From the human T2T-CHM13v2.0 reference genome, Homo sapiens: a DNA stretch of 64,000 nucleotides. The translations under genes and the position numbers were made by a program. Below, in pieces: positions 11,501 to 26,500 of this stretch; within the stretch, counting starts at the first letter, position 1, and each line of letters begins with the position of its first letter. Where the stretch lies: the NCBI RefSeq assembly GCF_009914755.1, contig NC_060927.1; one strand, given 5' to 3'. Under the pieces are notes generated by a model, which worked only from the letters and a program-made list of their open reading frames with translations, made no database searches and had not been told where the DNA came from.

Positions 11501-11560
11501 AATGGCCTCAAAGTGCTTGAAATCTCCCCTTGCAAATTGCACAGAAAAGTGTTTCAAATC

Positions 11561-14500
11561 TGCACTGTCTAAAGGAAGGTTCAACCCTGTGAGTTGAATA
11601 CACACACACAGAGAAAAATTCACTGAGAATTCTATTGTCTATCATTACACGAAGAAATCCCGTTTACTACGAAGGCCTCAAAGAGGTCCAAATATCCAGC
11701 TGCAGACATTACAAACTGAGTGTTTCCAAAGTGCTCTATGAAAAGAAGTGTTAAACACTGTGAGTTCAATGCACACATCCCAAAGCAGTTTCTGAGAATG
11801 ATTCCGTCTATTTTTTCTACGAAGATATTTCCTTTTCTACCGTTGGCCTCAAAGCGCTTGAAATCTCCACTTGCAAATTCCACGAAAAGAGAGTTTCAAA
11901 TCTGCTCTGTCTAAAGGAAGGTTCCACTCTGTGAGTTGAATACACACCACAAAAAGAAGTTACTGAGAATTCTTCTGTCTAGCATTATATGAAAAATCCC
12001 GTTTCCAACGAAGGCCACAAAGAGGTCCAAATATCCACTTGCAGATTCTGCAAGAAGAGTGTTTCCAAACTGCTCTATGAAAAGAAACGTTAAACTCTGT
12101 GAGTTGAACGCAAACATCACAAAGTAGTTTCTGAGAATGACTCCGTCTAGTTTTTATACGAAGATATTTCCTTTTCTACCGTTGGCCTCAAAGCGCTTGA
12201 AGTCTCCCCCTGAAAATTCCACAAAAAGTGTTTCCAATCTGCTCCGCCTAAAGGAAGCTTCAACTCTGTGAGTTGAATACCCACAACACAAAGAAGTTAC
12301 TGAGAATTCTTCTGTCTCGCATTATAGGAAGAAATCCCGTTTCCAACGAAGGCCTCAAATACATCCACATATCCAGTTGCTGACTTTACAAACTGAGTGT
12401 TTCCAAACTGCTCTATGAAAAGAAAGGTTAAACACTGTGAGTTGAACACACACGTACCAAAGTAGTTTCTGAGAATGATTCTGTCTAGTTTGCATACAAA
12501 GATATTTCCTTTTCTACCACTGGCCTCAAAGCTTTGAAATCTCCACTTGCAAATTCCACAAAAAGAGAGTTTCAAATCTGCTGTTTCTAAAGGAAAGTTC
12601 AACTCTGAGAGTTGAATACACACCAGAAAAAGCAGTTACTGAGAAGTCTTCTGTCTAGCATTATATGAAGAAATCCCATTTCCAAAGAAGACTTCAAACA
12701 GGTCCAAATATCCACTTGCAGATTCTGCAAAAAGAGTGTTTCGAAACAACTGTATGAAAAGAAAGGTTAAACACTGTGAGTTGAACGCACCCATTGCAAA
12801 GCATTTTCTGACAATGATTCCGTCTAATTATTATACGAAGGTATTTCCTTTTCTATCATGGGCCTCAAAGCGCTTGATACCTCCACCTGAAAATTCCACA
12901 AAAAGAGTGTTTCCAATCTACTCTGTCTAAAGGAACGTTCAACTCTGTGAGTTGAATACACACACACAGAAAGAATTCACTGAGAATTCTTCTGTCTGGC
13001 ATTACATGAAGAAATCCCGTTTCCAACGAAGGCCTCAAAGAGGTCCAAATATCCACTTGCAGATTCTGCAAAAAGAGTGTTTCAAAACCGCTCTATTAAA
13101 AGGAATGTTGAACTCTGTGAGTTGAATGCAAACATCACAACTCAGTTTCTGAGAATGCTTCTGACTAGATTTTATGGTAAGATATTTCCTTTTCTACCGT
13201 AGGCTTCAATGCCCTCTAAATACACCCTTGCAAATTCTACAAAGAGACTGTTTAATAACTGCTCTATAGGAAGAAAGGTTGAACTCTGTGAGTTGAATGC
13301 AGAGATCACAACGTGGTTTCTGCGAATGATTCTTTGTAGTTTTTACATGAAGATATTTCGTTGTCTACCGTAGGCTTCAAAGCACTCAAAGTATTCACTT
13401 GGAACTTTTACAAAAAGAGTGTTAGAAAACTGCTCTTTCCAAAGTAAGGTTCAACTCTGTGAGTTGAATGCACACATAACAAACAAGAAGTTTCTGAGAA
13501 TCCTTCTGTCCTGGTTTATATGAAAAAATCCCGTTTCCAACGAAGGCCTCAAAGACGTTTAAATATCCACTTGCAGACTTCACAAACAGAGTGTTTCCAA
13601 ACTGCTCTATGAAAAGAAAGGTTAAACTCTGTGAGTTGAACGCACACATCACAAAGTAGTTTCTGAGAATGATACTGTCTAGTTTTTATACGGAGATATT
13701 TCCTTTCCTTCCATTGGCGTCAAAGCGCTAGAATTCTCCACTTGCAAATTCCACAAAAAGAGTGTTTCCAATCTGCTCTGTCTAAAGGAAGGTTCAACTC
13801 TGTGAGTTGAATACACACACACAAAGAAGCTACTGAGAATTCTTTTGTCAAGAATTATAAGAAGAAATCCCGTTTCCAACGAAGGCCTCAAAGAGTTCCA
13901 AATATCCACTTGCACACTGTACAAACTAAGTCTTTCCAAACTGCTCTATGCAAAGAAATGTTCAACTCTGTGAGTTTAATGCACACATCACAAAGCAGTT
14001 TCTGAGAATGATTCCGTCTAGTTTTTATACGAAGATAGCCTTTTCTACCATTGGCCTCAAGGCTCTTGAAATCTCCACCTGAAAATTCCGCAAAAAGCGT
14101 GTTTCCAATCCGCTCTGTCTAAAGGAAGGTTCAACTCTCTGAGTTGAATACAAACATCCCAAAAGAAGTTACTGCGAATTCTTCTGTCTAGCATTATGTG
14201 AAGAAATCCCGTTTCCAACGAAAGCCTCCAAGAGGTCCAAATATCCAGTTGCAGAATTTACAAACTGACTGTTTCCAAACTCATCTATGAAAAGAAAGGT
14301 TAAACTCTGTGAGTTGAATGCACATATCACAAAGTAGTTCCTGAGAATGATTCTGTCTAGTTTTTATACGAAGATATTTCCTTTTCCACCAATGGCCTCA
14401 AAGTGCTTGAAATCTCCCCTTGCAAATTCCACAGAAAAGTGTTTCAAATCTGCACTGTCTAAAGGAAGGTTCAACCCTGTGAGTTGAATACACACACACA

Positions 14501-17500
14501 GAAAAAAATTCACTGAGAATTCTATTGTCTATCATTACACGAAGAAATCCCGTTTACTACGAAGGCCTCAAAGAGGTCCAAATATCCAGCTGCAGACATT
14601 ACAAACTGAGTGTTTCCAAAGTGCTCTATGAAAAGAAGTGTTAAACACTGTGAGTTCAATGCACACATCCCAAAGCAGTTTCTGAGAATGATTCCGTCTA
14701 TTTTTTCTACGAAGATATTTCCTTTTCTACCGTTGGCCTCAAAGCGCTTGAAATCTCCACTTGCAAATTCCACGAAAAGAGAGTTTCAAATCTGCTCTGT
14801 CTAAAGGAAGGTTCCACTCTGTGAGTTGAATACACACCACAAAAAGAAGTTACTGAGAATTCTTCTGTCTAGCATTATATGAAAAATCCCGTTTCCAACG
14901 AAGGCCACAAAGAGGTCCAAATATCCACTTGCAGATTCTGCAAGAAGAGTGTTTCCAAACTGCTCTATGAAAAGAAACGTTAAACTCTGTGAGTTGAACG
15001 CAAACATCACAAAGTAGTTTCTGAGAATGACTCCGTCTAGTTTTTATACGAAGATATTTCCTTTTCTACCGTTGGCCTCAAAGCGCTTGAAGTCTCCCCC
15101 TGAAAATTCCACAAAAAGTGTTTCCAATCTGCTCCGCCTAAAGGAAGCTTCAACTCTGTGAGTTGAATACCCACAACACAAAGAAGTTACTGAGAATTCT
15201 TCTGTCTCGCATTATAGGAAGAAATCCCGTTTCCAACGAAGGCCTCAAATACATCCACATATCCAGTTGCTGACTTTACAAACTGAGTGTTTCCAAACTG
15301 CTCTATGAAAAGAAAGGTTAAACACTGTGAGTTGAACACACACGTACCAAAGTAGTTTCTGAGAATGATTCTGTCTAGTTTGCATACAAAGATATTTCCT
15401 TTTCTACCACTGGCCTCAAAGCTTTGAAATCTCCACTTGCAAATTCCACAAAAAGAGAGTTTCAAATCTGCTGTTTCTAAAGGAAAGTTCAACTCTGAGA
15501 GTTGAATACACACCAGAAAAAGCAGTTACTGAGAAGTCTTCTGTCTAGCATTATATGAAGAAATCCCATTTCCAAAGAAGACTTCAAACAGGTCCAAATA
15601 TCCACTTGCAGATTCTGCAAAAAGAGTGTTTCGAAACAACTGTATGAAAAGAAAGGTTAAACACTGTGAGTTGAACGCACCCATTGCAAAGCATTTTCTG
15701 ACAATGATTCCGTCTAATTATTATACGAAGGTATTTCCTTTTCTATCATGGGCCTCAAAGCGCTTGATACCTCCACCTGAAAATTCCACAAAAAGAGTGT
15801 TTCCAATCTACTCTGTCTAAAGGAACGTTCAACTCTGTGAGTTGAATACACACACACAGAAAGAATTCACTGAGAATTCTTCTGTCTGGCATTACATGAA
15901 GAAATCCCGTTTCCAACGAAGGCCTCAAAGAGGTCCAAATATCCACTTGCAGATTCTGCAAAAAGAGTGTTTCAAAACCGCTCTATTAAAAGGAATGTTG
16001 AACTCTGTGAGTTGAATGCAAACATCACAACTCAGTTTCTGAGAATGCTTCTGACTAGATTTTATGGTAAGATATTTCCTTTTCTACCGTAGGCTTCAAT
16101 GCCCTCTAAATACACCCTTGCAAATTCTACAAAGAGACTGTTTAATAACTGCTCTATAGGAAGAAAGGTTGAACTCTGTGAGTTGAATGCAGAGATCACA
16201 ACGTGGTTTCTGCGAATGATTCTTTGTAGTTTTTACATGAAGATATTTCGTTGTCTACCGTAGGCTTCAAAGCACTCAAAGTATTCACTTGGAACTTTTA
16301 CAAAAAGAGTGTTAGAAAACTGCTCTTTCCAAAGTAAGGTTCAACTCTGTGAGTTGAATGCACACATAACAAACAAGAAGTTTCTGAGAATCCTTCTGTC
16401 CTGGTTTATATGAAAAAATCCCGTTTCCAACGAAGGCCTCAAAGACGTTTAAATATCCACTTGCAGACTTCACAAACAGAGTGTTTCCAAACTGCTCTAT
16501 GAAAAGAAAGGTTAAACTCTGTGAGTTGAACGCACACATCACAAAGTAGTTTCTGAGAATGATACTGTCTAGTTTTTATACGGAGATATTTCCTTTCCTT
16601 CCATTGGCGTCAAAGCGCTAGAATTCTCCACTTGCAAATTCCACAAAAAGAGTGTTTCCAATCTGCTCTGTCTAAAGGAAGGTTCAACTCTGTGAGTTGA
16701 ATACACACACACAAAGAAGCTACTGAGAATTCTTTTGTCAAGAATTATAAGAAGAAATCCCGTTTCCAACGAAGGCCTCAAAGAGTTCCAAATATCCACT
16801 TGCACACTGTACAAACTAAGTCTTTCCAAACTGCTCTATGCAAAGAAATGTTCAACTCTGTGAGTTTAATGCACACATCACAAAGCAGTTTCTGAGAATG
16901 ATTCCGTCTAGTTTTTATACGAAGATAGCCTTTTCTACCATTGGCCTCAAGGCTCTTGAAATCTCCACCTGAAAATTCCACAAAAAGCGTGTTTCCAATC
17001 CGCTCTGTCTAAAGGAAGGTTCAACTCTCTGAGTTGAATACAAACATCCCAAAAGAAGTTACTGCGAATTCTTCTGTCTAGCATTATGTGAAGAAATCCC
17101 GTTTCCAACGAAAGCCTCCAAGAGGTCCAAATATCCAGTTGCAGAATTTACAAACTGACTGTTTCCAAACTCATCTATGAAAAGAAAGGTTAAACTCTGT
17201 GAGTTGAATGCACATATCACAAAGTAGTTCCTGAGAATGATTCTGTCTAGTTTTTATACGAAGATATTTTCTTTTCCACCAATGGCCTCAAAGTGCTTGA
17301 AATCTCCCCTTGCAAATTGCACAGAAAAGTGTTTCAAATCTGCACTGTCTAAAGGAAGGTTCAACCCTGTGAGTTGAATACACACACACAGAGAAAAATT
17401 CACTGAGAATTCTATTGTCTATCATTACACGAAGAAATCCCGTTTACTACGAAGGCCTCAAAGAGGTCCAAATATCCAGCTGCAGACATTACAAACTGAG

Positions 17501-20500
17501 TGTTTCCAAAGTGCTCTATGAAAAGAAGTGTTAAACACTGTGAGTTCAATGCACACATCCCAAAGCAGTTTCTGAGAATGATTCCGTCTATTTTTTCTAC
17601 GAAGATATTTCCTTTTCTACCGTTGGCCTCAAAGCGCTTGAAATCTCCACTTGCAAATTCCACGAAAAGAGAGTTTCAAATCTGCTCTGTCTAAAGGAAG
17701 GTTCCACTCTGTGAGTTGAATACACACCACAAAAAGAAGTTACTGAGAATTCTTCTGTCTAGCATTATATGAAAAATCCCGTTCCCAACGAAGGCCACAA
17801 AGAGGTCCAAATATCCACTTGCAGATTCTGCAAGAAGAGTGTTTCCAAACTGCTCTATGAAAAGAAACGTTAAACTCTGTGAGTTGAACGCAAACATCAC
17901 AAAGTAGTTTCTGAGAATGACTCCGTCTAGTTTTTATACGAAGATATTTCCTTTTCTACCGTTGGCCTCAAAGCGCTTGAAGTCTCCCCCTGAAAATTCC
18001 ACAAAAAGTGTTTCCAATCTGCTCCGCCTAAAGGAAGCTTCAACTCTGTGAGTTGAATACCCACAACACAAAGAAGTTACTGAGAATTCTTCTGTCTCGC
18101 ATTATAGGAAGAAATCCCGTTTCCAACGAAGGCCTCAAATACATCCACATATCCAGTTGCTGACTTTACAAACTGAGTGTTTCCAAACTGCTCTATGAAA
18201 AGAAAGGTTAAACACTGTGAGTTGAACACACACGTACCAAAGTAGTTTCTGAGAATGATTCTGTCTAGTTTGCATACAAAGATATTTCCTTTTCTACCAC
18301 TGGCCTCAAAGCTTTGAAATCTCCACTTGCAAATTCCACAAAAAGAGAGTTTCAAATCTGCTGTTTCTAAAGGAAAGTTCAACTCTGAGAGTTGAATACA
18401 CACCAGAAAAAGCAGTTACTGAGAAGTCTTCTGTCTAGCATTATATGAAGAAATCCCATTTCCAAAGAAGACTTCAAACAGGTCCAAATATCCACTTGCA
18501 GATTCTGCAAAAAGAGTGTTTCGAAACAACTGTATGAAAAGAAAGGTTAAACACTGTGAGTTGAACGCACCCATTGCAAAGCATTTTCTGACAATGATTC
18601 CGTCTAATTATTATACGAAGGTATTTCCTTTTCTATCATGGGCCTCAAAGCGCTTGATACCTCCACCTGAAAATTCCACAAAAAGAGTGTTTCCAATCTA
18701 CTCTGTCTAAAGGAACGTTCAACTCTGTGAGTTGAATACACACACACAGAAAGAATTCACTGAGAATTCTTCTGTCTGGCATTACATGAAGAAATCCCGT
18801 TTCCAACGAAGGCCTCAAAGAGGTCCAAATATCCACTTGCAGATTCTGCAAAAAGAGTGTTTCAAAACCGCTCTATTAAAAGGAATGTTGAACTCTGTGA
18901 GTTGAATGCAAACATCACAACTCAGTTTCTGAGAATGCTTCTGACTAGATTTTATGGTAAGATATTTCCTTTTCTACCGTAGGCTTCAATGCCCTCTAAA
19001 TACACCCTTGCAAATTCTACAAAGAGACTGTTTAATAACTGCTCTATAGGAAGAAAGGTTGAACTCTGTGAGTTGAATGCAGAGATCACAACGTGGTTTC
19101 TGCGAATGATTCTTTGTAGTTTTTACATGAAGATATTTCGTTGTCTACCGTAGGCTTCAAAGCACTCAAAGTATTCACTTGGAACTTTTACAAAAAGAGT
19201 GTTAGAAAACTGCTCTTTCCAAAGTAAGGTTCAACTCTGTGAGTTGAATGCACACATAACAAACAAGAAGTTTCTGAGAATCCTTCTGTCCTGGTTTATA
19301 TGAAAAAATCCTGTTTCCAACGAAGGCCTCAAAGACGTTTAAATATCCACTTGCAGACTTCACAAACAGAGTGTTTCCAAACTGCTCTATGAAAAGAAAG
19401 GTTAAACTCTGTGAGTTGAACGCACACATCACAAAGTAGTTTCTGAGAATGATACTGTCTAGTTTTTATACGGAGATATTTCCTTTCCTTCCATTGGCGT
19501 CAAAGCGCTAGAATTCTCCACTTGCAAATTCCACAAAAAGAGTGTTTCCAATCTGCTCTGTCTAAAGGAAGGTTCAACTCTGTGAGTTGAATACACACAC
19601 ACAAAGAAGCTACTGAGAATTCTTTTGTCAAGAATTATAAGAAGAAATCCCGTTTCCAACGAAGGCCTCAAAGAGTTCCAAATATCCACTTGCACACTGT
19701 ACAAACTAAGTCTTTCCAAACTGCTCTATGCAAAGAAATGTTCAACTCTGTGAGTTTAATGCACACATCACAAAGCAGTTTCTGAGAATGATTCCGTCTA
19801 GTTTTTATACGAAGATAGCCTTTTCTACCATTGGCCTCAAGGCTCTTGAAATCTCCACCTGAAAATTCCGCAAAAAGCGTGTTTCCAATCCGCTCTGTCT
19901 AAAGGAAGGTTCAACTCTCTGAGTTGAATACATACATCCCAAAAGAAGTTACTGCGAATTCTTCTGTCTAGCATTATGTGAAGAAATCCCGTTTCCAACG
20001 AAAGCCTCCAAGAGGTCCAAATATCCAGTTGCAGAATTTACAAACTGACTGTTTCCAAACTCATCTATGAAAAGAAAGGTTAAACTCTGTGAGTTGAATG
20101 CACATATCACAAAGTAGTTCCTGAGAATGATTCTGTCTAGTTTTTATACGAAGATATTTCCTTTTCCACCAATGGCCTCAAAGTGCTTGAAATCTCCCCT
20201 TGCAAATTCCACAGAAAAGTGTTTCAAATCTGCACTGTCTAAAGGAAGGTTCAACCCTGTGAGTTGAATACACACACACAGAAAAAAATTCACTGAGAAT
20301 TCTATTGTCTATCATTACACGAAGAAATCCCGTTTACTACGAAGGCCTCAAAGAGGTCCAAATATCCAGCTGCAGACATTACAAACTGAGTGTTTCCAAA
20401 GTGCTCTATGAAAAGAAGTGTTAAACACTGTGAGTTCAATGCACACATCCCAAAGCAGTTTCTGAGAATGATTCCGTCTATTTTTTCTACGAAGATATTT

Positions 20501-23500
20501 CCTTTTCTACCGTTGGCCTCAAAGCGCTTGAAATCTCCACTTGCAAATTCCACGAAAAGAGAGTTTCAAATCTGCTCTGTCTAAAGGAAGGTTCCACTCT
20601 GTGAGTTGAATACACACCACAAAAAGAAGTTACTGAGAATTCTTCTGTCTAGCATTATATGAAAAATCCCGTTTCCAACGAAGGCCACAAAGAGGTCCAA
20701 ATATCCACTTGCAGATTCTGCAAAAAGAGTGTTTCCAAACTGCTCTATGAAAAGAAACGTTAAACTCTGTGAGTTGAACGCAAACATCACAAAGTAGTTT
20801 CTGAGAATGACTCCGTCTAGTTTTTATACGAAGATATTTCCTTTTCTACCGTTGGCCTCAAAGCGCTTGAAGTCTCCCCCTGAAAATTCCACAAAAAGTG
20901 TTTCCAATCTGCTCCGCCTAAAGGAAGCTTCATCTCTGTGAGTTGAATACCCACAACACAAAGAAGTTACTGAGAATTCTTCTGTCTCGCATTATATGAA
21001 GAAATCCCGTTTCCAACGAAGGCCTCAAATACATCCACATATCCAGTTGCTGACTTTACAAACTGAGTGTTTCCAAACTGCTCTATGAAAAGAAAGGTTA
21101 AACACTGTGAGTTGAACACACACGTACCAAAGTAGTTTCTGAGAATGATTCTGTCTAGTTTGCATACAAAGATATTTCCTTTTCTACCACTGGCCTCAAA
21201 GCTTTGAAATCTCCACTTGCAAATTCCACAAAAAGAGAGTTTCAAATCTGCTGTTTCTAAAGGAAAGTTCAACTCTGAGAGTTGAATACACACCAGAAAA
21301 AGCAGTTACTGAGAAGTCTTCTGTCTAGCATTATATGAAGAAATCCCATTTCCAAAGAAGACTTCAAACAGGTCCAAATATCCACTTGCAGATTCTGCAA
21401 AAAGAGTGTTTCGAAACAACTGTATGAAAAGAAAGGTTAAACACTGTGAGTTGAACGCACCCATTGCAAAGCATTTTCTGACAATGATTCCGTCTAATTA
21501 TTATACGAAGGTATTTCCTTTTCTATCATGGGCCTCAAAGCGCTTGATACCTCCACCTGAAAATTCCACAAAAAGAGTGTTTCCAATCTACTCTGTCTAA
21601 AGGAACGTTCAACTCTGTGAGTTGAATACACACACACAGAAAGAATTCACTGAGAATTCTTCTGTCTGGCATTACATGAAGAAATCCCGTTTCCAACGAA
21701 GGCCTCAAAGAGGTCCAAATATCCACTTGCAGATTCTGCAAAAAGAGTGTTTCAAAACCGCTCTATTAAAAGGAATGTTGAACTCTGTGAGTTGAATGCA
21801 AACATCACAACTCAGTTTCTGAGAATGCTTCTGACTAGATTTTATGGTAAGATATTTCCTTTTCTACCGTAGGCTTCAATGCCCTCTAAATACACCCTTG
21901 CAAATTCTACAAAGAGACTGTTTAATAACTGCTCTATAGGAAGAAAGGTTGAACTCTGTGAGTTGAATGCAGAGATCACAACGTGGTTTCTGCGAATGAT
22001 TCTTTGTAGTTTTTACATGAAGATATTTCGTTGTCTACCGTAGGCTTCAAAGCACTCAAAGTATTCACTTGGAACTTTTACAAAAAGAGTGTTAGAAAAC
22101 TGCTCTTTCCAAAGTAAGGTTCAACTCTGTGAGTTGAATGCACACATAACAAACAAGAAGTTTCTGAGAATCCTTCTGTCCTGGTTTATATGAAAAAATC
22201 CTGTTTCCAACGAAGGCCTCAAAGACGTTTAAATATCCACTTGCAGACTTCACAAACAGAGTGTTTCCAAACTGCTCTATGAAAAGAAAGGTTAAACTCT
22301 GTGAGTTGAACGCACACATCACAAAGTAGTTTCTGAGAATGATACTGTCTAGTTTTTATACGGAGATATTTCCTTTCCTTCCATTGGCGTCAAAGCGCTA
22401 GAATTCTCCACTTGCAAATTCCACAAAAAGAGTGTTTCCAATCTGCTCTGTCTAAAGGAAGGTTCAACTCTGTGAGTTGAATACACACACACAAAGAAGC
22501 TACTGAGAATTCTTTTGTCAAGAATTATAAGAAGAAATCCCGTTTCCAACGAAGGCCTCAAAGAGTTCCAAATATCCACTTGCACACTGTACAAACTAAG
22601 TCTTTCCAAACTGCTCTATGCAAAGAAATGTTCAACTCTGTGAGTTTAATGCACACATCACAAAGCAGTTTCTGAGAATGATTCCGTCTAGTTTTTATAC
22701 GAAGATAGCCTTTTCTACCATTGGCCTCAAGGCTCTTGAAATCTCCACCTGAAAATTCCGCAAAAAGCGTGTTTCCAATCCGCTCTGTCTAAAGGAAGGT
22801 TCAACTCTCTGAGTTGAATACATACATCCCAAAAGAAGTTACTGCGAATTCTTCTGTCTAGCATTATGTGAAGAAATCCCGTTTCCAACGAAAGCCTCCA
22901 AGAGGTCCAAATATCCAGTTGCAGAATTTACAAACTGACTGTTTCCAAACTCATCTATGAAAAGAAAGGTTAAACTCTGTGAGTTGAATGCACATATCAC
23001 AAAGTAGTTCCTGAGAATGATTCTGTCTAGTTTTTATACGAAGATATTTCCTTTTCCACCAATGGCCTCAAAGTGCTTGAAATCTCCCCTTGCAAATTCC
23101 ACAGAAAAGTGTTTCAAATCTGCACTGTCTAAAGGAAGGTTCAACCCTGTGAGTTGAATACACACACACAGAAAAAAATTCACTGAGAATTCTATTGTCT
23201 ATCATTACACGAAGAAATCCCGTTTACTACGAAGGCCTCAAAGAGGTCCAAATATCCAGCTGCAGACATTACAAACTGAGTGTTTCCAAAGTGCTCTATG
23301 AAAAGAAGTGTTAAACACTGTGAGTTCAATGCACACATCCCAAAGCAGTTTCTGAGAATGATTCCGTCTATTTTTTCTACGAAGATATTTCCTTTTCTAC
23401 CGTTGGCCTCAAAGCGCTTGAAATCTCCACTTGCAAATTCCACGAAAAGAGAGTTTCAAATCTGCTCTGTCTAAAGGAAGGTTCCACTCTGTGAGTTGAA

Positions 23501-26500
23501 TACACACCACAAAAAGAAGTTACTGAGAATTCTTCTGTCTAGCATTATATGAAAAATCCCGTTTCCAACGAAGGCCCCAAAGAGGTCCAAATATCCACTT
23601 GCAGATTCTGCAAAAAGAGTGTTTCCAAACTGCTCTATGAAAAGAAACGTTAAACTCTGTGAGTTGAACGCAAACATCACAAAGTAGTTTCTGAGAATGA
23701 CTCCGTCTAGTTTTTATACGAAGATATTTCCTTTTCTACCGTTGGCCTCAAAGCGCTTGAAGTCTCCCCCTGAAAATTCCACAAAAAGTGTTTCCAATCT
23801 GCTCCGCCTAAAGGAAGCTTCAACTCTGTGAGTTGAATACCCACAACACAAAGAAGTTACTGAGAATTCTTCTGTCTCGCATTATAGGAAGAAATCCCGT
23901 TTCCAACGAAGGCCTCAAATACATCCACATATCCAGTTGCTGACTTTACAAACTGAGTGTTTCCAAACTGCTCTATGAAAAGAAAGGTTAAACACTGTGA
24001 GTTGAACACACACGTACCAAAGTAGTTTCTGAGAATGATTCTGTCTAGTTTGCATACAAAGATATTTCCTTTTCTACCACTGGCCTCAAAGCTTTGAAAT
24101 CTCCACTTGCAAATTCCACAAAAAGAGAGTTTCAAATCTGCTGTTTCTAAAGGAAAGTTCAACTCTGAGAGTTGAATACACACCAGAAAAAGCAGTTACT
24201 GAGAAGTCTTCTGTCTAGCATTATATGAAGAAATCCCATTTCCAAAGAAGACTTCAAACAGGTCCAAATATCCACTTGCAGATTCCGCAAAAAGAGTGTT
24301 TCGAAACAACTGTATGAAAAGAAAGGTTAAACACTGTGAGTTGAACGCACCCATTGCAAAGCATTTTCTGACAATGATTCCGTCTAATTATTATACGAAG
24401 GTATTTCCTTTTCTACCATGGGCCTCAAAGCGCTTGATACCTCCACCTGAAAATTCCACAAAAAGAGTGTTTCCAATCTACTCTGTCTAAAGGAACGTTC
24501 AACTCTGTGAGTTGAATACACACACACAGAAAGAATTCACTGAGAATTCTTCTGTCTGGCATTACATGAAGAAATCCCGTTTCCAACGAAGGCCTCAAAG
24601 AGGTCCAAATATCCACTTGCAGATTCTGCAAAAAGAGTGTTTCAAAACCGCTCTATTAAAAGGAATGTTGAACTCTGTGAGTTGAATGCAAACATCACAA
24701 CTCAGTTTCTGAGAATGCTTCTGACTAGATTTTATGGTAAGATATTTCCTTTTCTACCGTAGGCTTCAATGCCCTCTAAATACACCCTTGCAAATTCTAC
24801 AAAGAGACTGTTTAATAACTGCTCTATAGGAAGAAAGGTTGAACTCTGTGAGTTGAATGCAGAGATCACAACGTGGTTTCTGCGAATGATTCTTTGTAGT
24901 TTTTACATGAAGATATTTCGTTGTCTACCGTAGGCTTCAAAGCACTCAAAGTATTCACTTGGAACTTTTACAAAAAGAGTGTTAGAAAACTGCTCTTTCC
25001 AAAGTAAGGTTCAACTCTGTGAGTTGAATGCACACATAACAAACAAGAAGTTTCTGAGAATCCTTCTGTCCTGGTTTATATGAAAAAATCCCGTTTCCAA
25101 CGAAGGCCTCAAAGACGTTTAAATATCCACTTGCAGACTTCACAAACAGAGTGTTTCCAAACTGCTCTATGAAAAGAAAGGTTAAACTCTGTGAGTTGAA
25201 CGCACACATCACAAAGTAGTTTCTGAGAATGATACTGTCTAGTTTTTATACGGAGATATTTCCTTTCCTTCCATTGGCGTCAAAGCGCTAGAATTCTCCA
25301 CTTGCAAATTCCACAAAAAGAGTGTTTCCAATCTGCTCTGTCTAAAGGAAGGTTCAACTCTGTGAGTTGAATACACACACACAAAGAAGCTACTGAGAAT
25401 TCTTTTGTCAAGAATTATAAGAAGAAATCCCGTTTCCAACGAAGGCCTCAAAGAGTTCCAAATATCCACTTGCACACTGTACAAACTAAGTCTTTCCAAA
25501 CTGCTCTATGCAAAGAAATGTTCAACTCTGTGAGTTTAATGCACACATCACAAAGCAGTTTCTGAGAATGATTCCGTCTAGTTTTTATACGAAGATAGCC
25601 TTTTCTACCATTGGCCTCAAGGCTCTTGAAATCTCCACCTGAAAATTCCACAAAAAGCGTGTTTCCAATCCGCTCTGTCTAAAGGAAGGTTCAACTCTCT
25701 GAGTTGAATACAAACATCCCAAAAGAAGTTACTGCGAATTCTTCTGTCTAGCATTATGTGAAGAAATCCCGTTTCCAACGAAAGCCTCCAAGAGGTCCAA
25801 ATATCCAGTTGCAGAATTTACAAACTGACTGTTTCCAAACTCATCTATGAAAAGAAAGGTTAAACTCTGTGAGTTGAATGCACATATCACAAAGTAGTTC
25901 CTGAGAATGATTCTGTCTAGTTTTTATACGAAGATATTTTCTTTTCCACCAATGGCCTCAAAGTGCTTGAAATCTCCCCTTGCAAATTGCACAGAAAAGT
26001 GTTTCAAATCTGCACTGTCTAAAGGAAGGTTCAACCCTGTGAGTTGAATACACACACACAGAGAAAAATTCACTGAGAATTCTATTGTCTATCATTACAC
26101 GAAGAAATCCCGTTTACTACGAAGGCCTCAAAGAGGTCCAAATATCCAGCTGCAGACATTACAAACTGAGTGTTTCCAAAGTGCTCTATGAAAAGAAGTG
26201 TTAAACACTGTGAGTTCAATGCACACATCCCAAAGCAGTTTCTGAGAATGATTCCGTCTATTTTTTCTACGAAGATATTTCCTTTTCTACCGTTGGCCTC
26301 AAAGCGCTTGAAATCTCCACTTGCAAATTCCACGAAAAGAGAGTTTCAAATCTGCTCTGTCTAAAGGAAGGTTCCACTCTGTGAGTTGAATACACACCAC
26401 AAAAAGAAGTTACTGAGAATTCTTCTGTCTAGCATTATATGAAAAATCCCGTTTCCAACGAAGGCCACAAAGAGGTCCAAATATCCACTTGCAGATTCTG

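Larger units (their letters stand above)
2891..11560 (-). repeat. HOR copies U2-U4, transitional subgroup of the majority haplotype
   Basis: Carry the majority alleles but lack the offset-324 G (cacgaaaaga) found in U5-U23. U2 and U3 share 5111A/8001A, 5277C/8167C, 5505T/8395T, 5603C/8493C, 5677G/8567G and 5751G/8641G. Each copy has roughly 10 differences from the majority. Confidence 0.85.

Noticed and set aside
16778-16981. Extra 67-aa ORF present only in U6 and U9 (also 25448-25651)
   Set aside because: It is created by a single G>A (16980, 25650) that makes an alternative start codon on the minus strand. It is useful only as a haplotype marker.
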